Assembly: GCA_965277805.1 (NCBI GenBank) | Contig: OZ255842.1 | Coordinates: 960,001 to 1,024,000 of the forward strand | Direction of reading: 5' to 3' | DNA: 64,000 bases | DNA from: Candidatus Lustribacter sp. | GTDB lineage: Bacteria > Vulcanimicrobiota > Vulcanimicrobiia > Vulcanimicrobiales > Vulcanimicrobiaceae | Position numbers and translations under genes: made by a program | The notes under the pieces: generated by a model | The model's input: the letters and a program-made list of their open reading frames with translations, nothing else | What the model was told of the DNA's origin: nothing | The model's database searches: none | Shown: one piece after another, positions 26,447-35,726 of the stretch | How the letters are laid out: every line of letters begins with the position of its first letter | Position numbering within the stretch: the stretch's first letter is position 1

Positions 26447-26573
26447 CGCTAACGCCCCTCCCTTCGATGCGATTTGCGGAGACGTCAAGGTCCATTTTTC
26501 CACTTGCATGCGTTCCGAAACAGAGAAACGTTAAGCGCTCGAAAGAAAAGGCTACCGCGCTCGATCTGTGGGG

Positions 26574-27194
26574 TCAGTCGTCTGGAGTGAAAGGTTCCAT
26601 CCTCACGTCGTTCATGTTTATCGGAAGCTCATTAAACGTACGTTGAGGGCCGGCAAGTAATTGGAGCGGCAACGAATCGTCAGAAGCGTATTCGGTCTTG
26701 CGATATTCATTGAAGACATTTTTGAACGAAACGGTCAGCATCGAGTTTTGCAGCAGGTTGCCGTCTCGTGCAGCGCTCTTCATGTACGTGACAAATCGAA
26801 CCGGCTCTGATTGTCCGGCAACAAGAGTACCAATAGGTTCCCCTTGGCGGTTGATGTTCAACCCTGGAACACTGAGAAAGACGACACCACTTAGGGCAGG
26901 CGCCGAGGACGTCGGATTTAGTGCCGTTGCCTCGACAATGAGTTCGTGAGTGCCCGGGATGAAGTAAATCCTGGCGTCCGTTAGCACGATGAGGCCGGTA
27001 AGCTGTTGCCGATGGTGCAAATCGTCTTGGGCGGTTTGCCGCGCAGCATCCTCGCGGGCAAGCTTCGCATCCTTTGCCATTGATGACGTTCGGAGTGCAA
27101 GCCAGAATGTGCCGAGTGCTAGCAATCCTGTGCAGACCGCAACATAGAAGTCCGGAGTGTGCCAGATGTCAGGTTCGGGCGGGAAGATGAACAC
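26574..27194 (-). CDS. Hypothetical protein with single N-terminal TM anchor, atypical composition
   Basis: 206-aa ORF, visibly more A/T-rich codons, TM segment VAVCTGLLALGTFWLAL. Confidence 0.6.
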   Translation of the reverse strand: MFIFPPEPDIWHTPDFYVAVCTGLLALGTFWLALRTSSMAKDAKLAREDAARQTAQDDLHHRQQLTGLIVLTDARIYFIPGTHELIVEATALNPTSSAPALSGVVFLSVPGLNINRQGEPIGTLVAGQSEPVRFVTYMKSAARDGNLLQNSMLTVSFKNVFNEYRKTEYASDDSLPLQLLAGPQRTFNELPINMNDVRMEPFTPDD

Positions 27195-27220
27195 GTATAC
27201 CTACAACCAGACGCGTGAGG

Positions 27221-27260
27221 AAAAACGAAAAGGCACTCTACGCTGCGGCGTGAGTGCCCT
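27221..27260 (-). terminator. Intrinsic terminator downstream of tRNA-Pro
   Basis: On the minus strand GGGCACTC...GAGTGCCT stem followed by TTTCGTTTTT. Confidence 0.7.
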
Positions 27261-27265
27261 CTCAA

Positions 27266-27342
<77 letters not shown>

Positions 27343-27400
27343 ACGAGTAGGTGCTTGGGGTTTGGGATGACTCCGGCGCTTTCCCGCCAAGGACGGCCCG

Positions 27401-27802
27401 GTGAAAGCGACGATGTTTGCCGACGGCGGTTCGCGGGGGAATCCGGGCCCGGCCGCGTCGGGAGCGGTGGTCTTCGACGAAGCCGGCGCCGTCTTGCGCG
27501 AAGTGGGTACGTTTCTCGGCGTGGCCACCAACAACGTCGCGGAATGGACGGGGCTGCTTACGGGCCTCGAGGCGGCGCTCGAGCTGGGCGTCGACGACCT
27601 TTCCGTGCGGCTCGATTCCGAGCTCGTGGTGAAGCAGATCAGCGGCGCGTACCGCGTCAAGAACGAGGGGCTGATCCCGCTGCACGCCAAGGCGAAGGCG
27701 CTGCTGCGGAAGTTCGCGCACGTCGAGGTGAAGCACGTGCCGCGCAAGCAGAACGCCGCGGCCGACGCGCTCGTTAACCAGGTACTCGATGCTCACCGTT
27801 AG
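27401..27802 (+). CDS. rnhA: Ribonuclease HI family protein
   Basis: DGGSRGNPG, TNNVAE, DSELVVKQ, PRKQNAAADAL. Confidence 0.9.
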   Translation: MKATMFADGGSRGNPGPAASGAVVFDEAGAVLREVGTFLGVATNNVAEWTGLLTGLEAALELGVDDLSVRLDSELVVKQISGAYRVKNEGLIPLHAKAKALLRKFAHVEVKHVPRKQNAAADALVNQVLDAHR

Positions 27803-27819
27803 CAGCCCCGGCTGACCCG

Positions 27820-28464
27820 ATGCGCCGGTTCCCCGTCACCCTGCTCGTTCTCGTCGCGGTCGTCGTTGCGGTCGTGGGCGGCTGGCTTTTGTTCGCCAAG
27901 AGCGAGCACGACCGGTTTGTCGCCGTCCAAAAAGTCGGCGAGCAGCGCTCCGAAATTCGTCTCACGTATACGCTTTCGCACACCGGCGGCGCCATTGCGC
28001 GCGAAGTGTGGTTCTTTCAGAACATCAACGGTCACTCAACCGCCACCTATACGGCCGTCGACCGGCACGGCAACAAGGCCACCTTCGACGAGCAGATCGT
28101 CAACTACGACGTGACCTTTCTGTTCGACCGGGTCGTGGCCGACGGGATCTGGGAGTTGGAGACCCGCCCCTTCCGCGGTTCGTCCCAAACGCTGCACATC
28201 GTGGAGATCGCGCAAACCGCGGGCAAGGACCACGGTTCGCACCGCTTCCAGTTCAGCGACGCGCATTACATCGCGACCGAAGCCGGCCGCGAATATCATA
28301 TCCATCTCGACCCGCATAAGCCGGTACCGGATTTGATGAGCCTGCAATCGACCTCGACGGCCGATCCGCGCTACGAAAAGATCGCGACCGACTTCGAACA
28401 GTTCGGTTCGCCGCGTTTCAAGGCGACGATCGCCCAGGCGCGGGCCAAGCTCCTAAAGGGTTAG
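27820..28464 (+). CDS. Hypothetical exported/membrane-anchored protein
   Basis: N-terminal hydrophobic segment; normal codon pattern. Confidence 0.65.
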   Translation: MRRFPVTLLVLVAVVVAVVGGWLLFAKSEHDRFVAVQKVGEQRSEIRLTYTLSHTGGAIAREVWFFQNINGHSTATYTAVDRHGNKATFDEQIVNYDVTFLFDRVVADGIWELETRPFRGSSQTLHIVEIAQTAGKDHGSHRFQFSDAHYIATEAGREYHIHLDPHKPVPDLMSLQSTSTADPRYEKIATDFEQFGSPRFKATIAQARAKLLKG

Positions 28465-28491
28465 CTTGGCCTAACGCCGTCGTAAGCTGAT

Positions 28492-30162
28492 ATGGTCGTC
28501 ATCGCGGCGGCGGCGTTCCTCGCGCTCGGGTTGCTTCACTTCGATTTTTCGCGGGAGTGGTGGCGCGGGCAGTCGGTGCGCCTCGTCATCGGGATCCCGC
28601 TGTGTCTGCTCTACGCCTACCTGGTGATGCCGCCGCTCGTGTTCCCGCAGGCCATCACGCTGCTGCTGATCACGCTCATTCCGAACGTTGGGCTCACGAT
28701 CGCCGAAGCCGCGCGCAAGATCGTCGTTTCGCGGCGCATCGTCAGCATTCGCCGCACGCCGATTCTCCCGCCGGCGATCGTGCTCGGCGCGGTGCTGGTG
28801 TTTGCCGGCATCCTCACGATTCTGCCGATCGTCGATGCGAGCGGCTTGCGCGACATCACCGGCGTGACGATCACCTCGGACAAGCCGCCGACGGCCGATC
28901 TGCGACACGTGCGCGTGGTGCCCGAAGAGTCCGCGATCTTCTCCGGCTCGAAAGTGCTCGGACAGCTCGGCGCCTACTATCGCGTCGGCGAGTACAGCGT
29001 GCAGTCGGAGAACGGCAAGCTCGTGTGGGTGGCGCCGCTCGATTTCCAGGGCGTGATTCAGTGGCTCGCGCGCGGCACGAGTCCGGGCGTGATCGTCGTT
29101 AGCGCGGAGAACCCCGACACACCGGCGGAATTGCGCCAGCGCCAGCCGCTGCGTTACATTCCCTCGGCGCTCCTGAACACGAACCTGATGCGCCACGTCT
29201 ACATGAGTTACGGTACCGAGCTGCTGCTCGAAACGACGCTGCAGCTCGACGCGGCCGGCGATCCCAAGTACATCGTGACGCTCGGCCGTCCGACGATCGG
29301 CTGGAGCGGCGAAACCGTTACCGCCGTCGTGATCGTCGACCCCACAACCGGCGCGATGCAGCGCATCCCGCGCGAGCAGTTCGCGAGCTTGCCGGCATGG
29401 ATCAGCCGCGTGTATCCGGCCGACCTTGCGCTGGAGTACAACGATTGGCTCGGGCGCTACGTGCACGGCTGGTGGAATTCGATTGTGACGAAACGCGACG
29501 TGCACTTGCCGGTGCGCGATGAGGTGTTCGGGCTCTTGCTCGACGCGAACCGCTTCGTCTGGTTTGCCGATCACACATCGCCCAATGCGACCGACGATTC
29601 GATGACCGGCTTCACCTACATGGACAGCCGCACCGGCGCGATGACGTACTACACCTCGGCCGGCGGCGAGTTTAACAGCGTTGCGGCCGAACGCTCGGTC
29701 AGCGCCAATCCGATCATCACGCAAGGCCGCCTGATTCCCACCCAGCCGATCCTCTACAATATTGGGCAGAATACATGGGTCGTGCCGGCCGTCGCGAGCA
29801 ACGGAAAGTTCCAAACCCTCGCGCTCGTGCAGGCGGCAGGCGGCCACGTCGTGGTCGGCAACTCGTCGTCGTCGGCGCCGGTGGCGGACGCGTTCGCGCA
29901 GTACCGGGCCTTCCTCGGCGGCAGCACGGAGAATTCGGGCGCCGAGACGACGATCTCGGGCACCATCGATCGCTTCATCGCCACCGGCAACCGTATTCTC
30001 TTCACCATTCGCGGCCGGGCACAGATTTTCACGATCTCCGACCCGTCGGATGCGAGCGCGCTCTTGGCCCGCAGCGGCGACGCGGTCCGGTTTACGGCCA
30101 CCGCCCCGCAGGATGGCACGGCTCTCGTACGGGAGTTCCACGACCGGACCCTGGGTGAATGA
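28492..30162 (+). CDS. Hypothetical membrane protein with large extracytoplasmic domain
   Basis: About four N-terminal TM helices, then a soluble beta-rich region (WVAPLDF, DSMTGF..MDSRTG, PILYNI). Confidence 0.7.
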   Translation: MVVIAAAAFLALGLLHFDFSREWWRGQSVRLVIGIPLCLLYAYLVMPPLVFPQAITLLLITLIPNVGLTIAEAARKIVVSRRIVSIRRTPILPPAIVLGAVLVFAGILTILPIVDASGLRDITGVTITSDKPPTADLRHVRVVPEESAIFSGSKVLGQLGAYYRVGEYSVQSENGKLVWVAPLDFQGVIQWLARGTSPGVIVVSAENPDTPAELRQRQPLRYIPSALLNTNLMRHVYMSYGTELLLETTLQLDAAGDPKYIVTLGRPTIGWSGETVTAVVIVDPTTGAMQRIPREQFASLPAWISRVYPADLALEYNDWLGRYVHGWWNSIVTKRDVHLPVRDEVFGLLLDANRFVWFADHTSPNATDDSMTGFTYMDSRTGAMTYYTSAGGEFNSVAAERSVSANPIITQGRLIPTQPILYNIGQNTWVVPAVASNGKFQTLALVQAAGGHVVVGNSSSSAPVADAFAQYRAFLGGSTENSGAETTISGTIDRFIATGNRILFTIRGRAQIFTISDPSDASALLARSGDAVRFTATAPQDGTALVREFHDRTLGE

Positions 30163-30737
30163 AACAGCTCTCCACACGCCGGCTCGACCTGCTTCCCGTC
30201 GACACGCGCAACGCGCGCGAGTTGTGGCGGATTCTCAACGCGCCCGACTTGCGGAAGTATCAGGACATTCCGCGCATTCCGGCTGAGGATTTCGAGCGCC
30301 AGGTGCGCAGCCGCCCGCGCGCGCTCGACGGCCGTTCGACCGGCCGCTTCGAGTGGCTTTTGCAAACGAACGGCGAACCGGTGCGCGCGATCGGCTGGAT
30401 CTCGTTGCGGGTGAACGACCGCACGCCGCACATCGGCGAAATCGGTTATAGCTTAGTTGAAGACGCGCGCGGCTGCGGCTACGCAACGGAAGCGCTCGGC
30501 GCGGCGATCGATGAGGCGTTCGCGGCCGGCGAACTCGAAGAGATGCAAGCCTGTTGCGTGCCCGAAAATCTGCCCTCACGCGCGGTGCTCAACCGGGCCG
30601 GCTTTTCCGAAGAGCGGACGATTCGCGGCGGTGCCGTGATTCGCGGGCGTCACGTCGACGTCGTGCTCTATCGCATGACGCGGTCTGAATGGCGGCGCCT
30701 CAATATGCCGGCGGCTCGTCGCCAAATGCAATCGTAA
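30159..30737 (+). CDS. GNAT N-acetyltransferase, RimJ/RimL type
   Basis: EIGYSL...RGCGYATEAL...ENLPSRAVL..AGF. Confidence 0.85.
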   Translation: MKQLSTRRLDLLPVDTRNARELWRILNAPDLRKYQDIPRIPAEDFERQVRSRPRALDGRSTGRFEWLLQTNGEPVRAIGWISLRVNDRTPHIGEIGYSLVEDARGCGYATEALGAAIDEAFAAGELEEMQACCVPENLPSRAVLNRAGFSEERTIRGGAVIRGRHVDVVLYRMTRSEWRRLNMPAARRQMQS

Positions 30738-31176
30738 TTCCGGCGTCGAGATAGCCGAAGTACCGCTGCGCCGGGTCGGCGAGATGGGCCACCAGCGGTT
30801 CCCGCACGACGCGCACGTTCAGGACGTTCGCAAGCTCGGCGCGCGGCACCCAGCGGCATTCGCGCACGTGGTCGTCGCCGGGCGGAACGTGCGGCTCGCC
30901 TTCGGCTTCGATCGTGAACACGAACGCGGTGAACTGCGTTTCGGTCGAAGCATCGAACGACTCGGCCACGTAGGCTAAGCCCGTCACGCGCGCCGCGAGC
31001 GAGGTCTCTTCACGCAGTTCGCGCACCGCCGCCATCGCGCAGGTTTCGCGGCCTTCCTGGCGCCCGCCGGGCAAGCCCCATAACAGCTCCGCGTGGTTCG
31101 GGTACGCGCTTGCGACGACGAGGATGCGGCCGTCGCGTTCGAGCAGCCCGTTGCAGAGATGGATGCGCCGGTACAC
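30700..31176 (-). CDS. NUDIX hydrolase
   Basis: Nudix box PGGRQEGRET...AAVRELREET. Confidence 0.85.
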   Translation of the reverse strand: MYRRIHLCNGLLERDGRILVVASAYPNHAELLWGLPGGRQEGRETCAMAAVRELREETSLAARVTGLAYVAESFDASTETQFTAFVFTIEAEGEPHVPPGDDHVRECRWVPRAELANVLNVRVVREPLVAHLADPAQRYFGYLDAGITIAFGDEPPAY

Positions 31177-31220
31177 GAACGCGGAGTTCGACGCCGCGCG
31201 CAGAATCGCTCGCTGCGGCC

Positions 31221-31658
31221 ATGCACGTGGAGTTATTCGATATTCATGATACCGAACGGATGGCGGCGGCGTTCTCCGTGCGCGTGCCGGTATTCGTCGA
31301 CGAGCAGCACGTGCCGGCGGAAGAAGAGATCGACGAACACGACCGCACCGATACCGAAGCGCGTCACGCGCTCGTGCGCGACGGCGACGTGCCGGTTGCT
31401 GCCGGGCGCTACTTCCGCATCGGCACCACGGCGCAGGTCGGGCGCATGGCCGTGCTGGCGGCGTATCGCGGCCGCGGTATCGGGCGGCTCGTGCTGGACG
31501 CCCTCGTCGGCGATGCCCGCGCGCGCGGCTATGCGCGCGTGGCGCTCAACGCGCAAGACCACGCCGTCGCGTTTTATACGAAGGCCGGGTTCACGCCGTT
31601 TGGCGAAACGCTGGTGGAATGCGATATCCTCCACCAGCCGATGGAACTCGCGCTATAA
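31221..31658 (+). CDS. GNAT N-acetyltransferase, ElaA/YjcF-like
   Basis: VFVDEQ.VP, GRMAVL..YRGRGIG, LNAQ...FYTKAGF. Confidence 0.88.
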   Translation: MHVELFDIHDTERMAAAFSVRVPVFVDEQHVPAEEEIDEHDRTDTEARHALVRDGDVPVAAGRYFRIGTTAQVGRMAVLAAYRGRGIGRLVLDALVGDARARGYARVALNAQDHAVAFYTKAGFTPFGETLVECDILHQPMELAL

Positions 31659-32372
31659 GCCGGCGAGATCCGTGACGACGGAGATGATGCCGTCGTGCTT
31701 GGCTTCGGAGAACGCCTTGTCGATTGCGGCTTCGCGCGTTGCCGCGCCGACGAGCGCGATGATCGCATACGCGGCGAAGGCCGGCGTGCTCTTCGCGGTG
31801 CCCGCGGCTTGAAGCCGTTCGAGGTAGCTCGCCATCTGTTCGACGTTCGCTTCGAAACGGCGTTGACGTTCGGCAACGACGGCCCAGTCGTGGTTGCTGG
31901 TGACGTGCCAGGCGCGGAAGAGCCCCGGGCGCAGCAGCACGGCGGCGATCGCTTCGCGCACCCAGGCGACGAGCTTTGCCCGCTCGCTGCCGGCGTCGCC
32001 GACGGCCTCGGCAAAGCGTTCGTTCAGCTTTTCGAGGTTAGCGGTTTCGCGCACCATCGCGTCGCGAACGACGTGAGCCAGGTCGCGAAAATGGCGGTAG
32101 AACGTGCCGTACGCAAGCCCCGCTTCGCTGGCAACCATGCCGGTCGAAATCGACGCCAGCTCGTTGGACTCCAGCAGCCGTTCGACCGCGTCGAGCAGAC
32201 GATCGCGCGAGCTCGGCCGCGCTTTGCGCTCCGGCGAGAGCGTGCCCTCGCCCTCAACGCGTCCCAAGTACGTCCACTTGCCGCGCACGCGCCGGGTCTC
32301 CGGATCGCGGTACGATTCGACGCGATAGCGATAGGCGCGGCCGCTCACGCGCTTGATGACTTCGTATGCCAC
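31653..32372 (-). CDS. TetR-family regulator with extra basic/aromatic N-terminal module
   Basis: RDRLLDA...VASEAGLAYGTFYRHF HTH preceded by YRYRVESYRDP...WTYLGR. Confidence 0.8.
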   Translation of the reverse strand: MAYEVIKRVSGRAYRYRVESYRDPETRRVRGKWTYLGRVEGEGTLSPERKARPSSRDRLLDAVERLLESNELASISTGMVASEAGLAYGTFYRHFRDLAHVVRDAMVRETANLEKLNERFAEAVGDAGSERAKLVAWVREAIAAVLLRPGLFRAWHVTSNHDWAVVAERQRRFEANVEQMASYLERLQAAGTAKSTPAFAAYAIIALVGAATREAAIDKAFSEAKHDGIISVVTDLAGL

Positions 32373-32458
32373 GCCGCAATCCTCCGACAGGCCGGTGAGA
32401 TTTCACTCATTGCGTACCTTCGACAACCCCTTGCCTGCTCGTTCTGGCAAGGAGCGTC

Positions 32459-34339
32459 GTGAAGAATTCTTTACTAAAGACCGGCAAGCTCCAGACCGGC
32501 CTGACGGTGGCCGCCCTCGGCGTGGTCTACGGCGACATCGGGACGAGCCCGCTCTACACCCTCAAGACGTGCTTCACGGCCGCCCACGTCGGCGTGACCC
32601 CGGAGAACGTGCTGGGGATCCTTTCGCTCATTGCGTGGGCCCTGATCATCGTCGTCTGCGTCAAGTACGTGGGCATCGTGATGCGCGTCGACCACGATGG
32701 CGAAGGCGGCATCCTGGCCCTGCTGGCGCTGCTGCTGGCGCGGCCCGAACGCGGCATCCCGCCTAAAGCGACCTGGTTTCTCGTGATCGTCGTGGTTGGC
32801 GCGGCGATGCTCTTCGGCGACGGGGTGATCACGCCGGCGATCTCGGTCATCTCGGCCGTCGAGGGCATCGGCGTCGCGACCAGTGACGCGCAACCCTGGA
32901 TCGTGCCGATTTCGCTCGCGCTGATCGTCGTGCTGTTCTGGATCCAGCGGCGCGGCACGGAGAAGGTCGGCGCCCTTTTCGGCCCGGCGATGTTCGTCTG
33001 GTTCATCAGCATCGCGGCGGCCGGTATTGTGGCGATCGTCGCCCGCCCGGGGGTGCTCTGGGCGATCGATCCGCGTCATGCCGTTCACTTTGCCACCCAC
33101 AACGGTCCCGGCGGCTTCTTCGTGCTGGGCGGCGTCGTGCTGTGCGTGACCGGGGTCGAAGCGCTCTACGCCGACCTCTCGCACTTCGGGCGCAAGCCGA
33201 TCGCGCTGGCCTGGTACGGCCTCGTCTGGCCCGCGGTGACGCTCTCGTATCTCGGTCAGGGCGCGCGCCTGCTCACCGACCCGCACGCCTTCGAGAACCC
33301 GTTCTATTCGCTGGTCTCGGGGCCGCTCTTGATTCCGATGGTCGTGCTCGCTACGGCCGCCACGATCATCGCTTCGCAGGCGCTGATCTCTGGGGCGTTC
33401 ACGCTGACCGAACAGGCCATCGCCCTGGCGTTGTGTCCGCGCATGGAAGTCATTCATACGTCGAACCGCTATCCGGGCCAGGTGTTCGTGCCCGCGATCA
33501 ACCTCACGCTGGGTGTCGGGTGCGCGATCCTGATCCTGACGTTCAAGTCGAGCGACGCGCTTGCCGCCGCCTACGGTCTTGCGGTAGCCGTGACGATGGC
33601 GGCGACGTCGGTTGCGTTCTATCTCGTCATCGTGCGCGTGCGTGGCTGGAACCCGGTGCTCGCGGTGCTCACGCTGGCGTGCTTCCTGCTCGTCGACGGC
33701 AGCTTCATCATCGCGGGCTTGCCGAAGTTTCTCGACGGCGGCTACGTTCCGTTTGCCATCAGCGCCGCGCTCACGACGATGGCGCTGACGTGGCTCGAAG
33801 GACGGCGCTGCATCGCGATCAGCCTGCACGATCAGATGGAACCGGTCGAGCAGTACCTGACGGAAACGCGCGGCCTCGCGCTACCGGCGGCCAACGGCAC
33901 GATGGTGTTTCTCACCGGCGATCCGAACGGCGTGCCGTTCATGCTCAAGCACCGCTGGCTGAAGCGGCGCGCGTATCACGAACGCATCGTGCTGCTCAAC
34001 CTCTCGCGCGTGCAAGGGCCGTATGCAGATCCGAACAACCGCGTGACGATCGAGAAATCCTCGGACCGTCTGGTGCGCGTGATCGCGTACTTCGGCTACA
34101 TGGAACCGCCGCGCATCAAGAGCGTTCTCGAAGCGTGCAGCGAGAACGGCCTGCACATGCAAGACCCGGAGACCTCGTTCTTTTACGCCGACCCGAAACT
34201 CGTGCCGGCCGCGCACGGCATGCCGCGCAGTCTGCGCTGGCTCTTCGGCGTGCTCGCGCGCAACTCGCGCCCGCTACCGGACGACTTGCAGATCCCGGCC
34301 GACCGCCGCGTGGAGATCGGCCTCGAAGTCGGGATCTAG
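32459..34339 (+). CDS. kup: KUP/HAK/KT potassium transporter
   Basis: ALGVVYGDIGTSPLY, GEGGILAL, GDGVITPAISV, EALYADLSHFG. Confidence 0.95.
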   Translation: MKNSLLKTGKLQTGLTVAALGVVYGDIGTSPLYTLKTCFTAAHVGVTPENVLGILSLIAWALIIVVCVKYVGIVMRVDHDGEGGILALLALLLARPERGIPPKATWFLVIVVVGAAMLFGDGVITPAISVISAVEGIGVATSDAQPWIVPISLALIVVLFWIQRRGTEKVGALFGPAMFVWFISIAAAGIVAIVARPGVLWAIDPRHAVHFATHNGPGGFFVLGGVVLCVTGVEALYADLSHFGRKPIALAWYGLVWPAVTLSYLGQGARLLTDPHAFENPFYSLVSGPLLIPMVVLATAATIIASQALISGAFTLTEQAIALALCPRMEVIHTSNRYPGQVFVPAINLTLGVGCAILILTFKSSDALAAAYGLAVAVTMAATSVAFYLVIVRVRGWNPVLAVLTLACFLLVDGSFIIAGLPKFLDGGYVPFAISAALTTMALTWLEGRRCIAISLHDQMEPVEQYLTETRGLALPAANGTMVFLTGDPNGVPFMLKHRWLKRRAYHERIVLLNLSRVQGPYADPNNRVTIEKSSDRLVRVIAYFGYMEPPRIKSVLEACSENGLHMQDPETSFFYADPKLVPAAHGMPRSLRWLFGVLARNSRPLPDDLQIPADRRVEIGLEVGI

Positions 34340-35214
34340 ACGGAGACTTTTTCCGGCGTCTTCAGGCTTAGGCGCGCGATCATGGCCGGGGTCGGCAGTT
34401 TGATGTCGCGGGCCAGGCGCAGCCACGCGAGCACCTTGATCGTGTAATACGTGAAGTCGACTTCGAACCAGCGTAGTCCGTGACGCGCCGAGAACGGGAA
34501 CGCGTGGTGGTTGTTGTGCCAGCCTTCGCCCCACGCGAGGATCGCGACCCACCAGTTGTTGGTCGACTTATCGCCGGTGCGGAAACTCTGATAGCCGGTC
34601 ATGTGGGCGGCGCTGTTGACGAGCCACGTGATGTGATACGTCACGACGCAGCGGACGAAGATGCCCCAGATCAGCCACGACCAGCCGCCGATCGCGAGCA
34701 GCACGAGGCCGAGCGCGACTTGCCACAGCACGTACGTGTTCTCGAGGAACTGATAGAACTTCGAGTTCGCGAGATCGGGCGCGAGGCGCATCTGTTCTTC
34801 TTTGCTCAGCCGCGCGTCGTTGCGGCGGTACAGCCACGCCATGTGGCTCCACCACGCCCCGCGATGGATGTCGTGCGGATCGCCGGCGCGATCGGTGTTG
34901 GCGTGATGCGCGCGATGCGTCGCGATCCATTCGATCGGACCGCCTTGCAGCGCGAGAACGCCGATGATCGCGATCACCGGTTCCAGGAAACGATTCACGC
35001 GCAGGCTGCGGTGCGTGAGCGTGCGATGGAAGCCGAGCGTAATGCCCCAGGCGCCGGTGATGTAGTAGAGCACCAGCATCACGACGACGGCGCTCCAGCT
35101 GAACGTGCCCGGTATCAAGGCGCAGAGTGCGCCCAGGTGGACGACGCCGAGGCCGATGCCCGTGGTAAGGCCTCGCGGATCGAAGGGACGCGCGGAGCTT
35201 GATTTCATCGTCAT
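34336..35214 (-). CDS. Delta-9 acyl-lipid/acyl-CoA fatty acid desaturase (DesC-like)
   Basis: His boxes HRTLTH, HRAHH, GEGWHNNHH; start ATG 35214 or 35208. Confidence 0.92.
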   Translation of the reverse strand: MTMKSSSARPFDPRGLTTGIGLGVVHLGALCALIPGTFSWSAVVVMLVLYYITGAWGITLGFHRTLTHRSLRVNRFLEPVIAIIGVLALQGGPIEWIATHRAHHANTDRAGDPHDIHRGAWWSHMAWLYRRNDARLSKEEQMRLAPDLANSKFYQFLENTYVLWQVALGLVLLAIGGWSWLIWGIFVRCVVTYHITWLVNSAAHMTGYQSFRTGDKSTNNWWVAILAWGEGWHNNHHAFPFSARHGLRWFEVDFTYYTIKVLAWLRLARDIKLPTPAMIARLSLKTPEKVSV

Positions 35215-35334
35215 TGAACGTGCGCTTAGGAGCGGCAAACTCCTGGGTACGGAAGGGTCAATTCTGAGCCTGGAAACGCCCGGCGGGCCGCTCCCCGGTT
35301 TACCGTACGGAATTTTGTGGAAAAGCTGAGTACA

Positions 35335-35532
35335 ATGGATACCTTGATTACGTGCCCCTGCGGCCATACGCTCGCTTCCCATGACACCGAGGGATGCTTC
35401 GGGGAACGGCTCCGTCCGTGCCACTGCCGCCGCGATCGGGCCACCGCGCTGGATGCCGCGGTCAACGTGGTCCGGACGCCCCAGATGCCGGCCGGTTATT
35501 CCGTAGCCTCGCCCAACCGGCTGACCGCGTAA
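35335..35532 (+). CDS. Small Cys/His-rich hypothetical protein
   Basis: CPCGH....H....C.......CHC pattern. Confidence 0.55.
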   Translation: MDTLITCPCGHTLASHDTEGCFGERLRPCHCRRDRATALDAAVNVVRTPQMPAGYSVASPNRLTA

Positions 35533-35574
35533 TCCCCTCGTCTTAAGGCGTCCTCGGCTCGTCGAACGGCGCCC

Positions 35575-35603
35575 TTGACCTCGCTTTCGGGCGGGTGTAA
35601 CAT
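35575..35603 (+). promoter_or_regulatory. Sigma70-type promoter for rpoB
   Basis: TTGACC, 17-nt spacer, TAACAT. Confidence 0.6.
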
Positions 35604-35726
35604 AGACGCCTATGCCAATCGGCGGGTAGCGCGAGAAAGAGCGGGGACCCTCTCCATCGTCATGGGGAGACCTAGCCTTTTTTGCATTTCTGAGGTTGGC
35701 GCGCTCGAATAGGTGATTGTACGGTA

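Noticed and set aside
32373-32458. c-di-AMP (ydaO) riboswitch upstream of kup
   Set aside because: Intergenic region is only 86 bp and lacks the recognisable conserved elements
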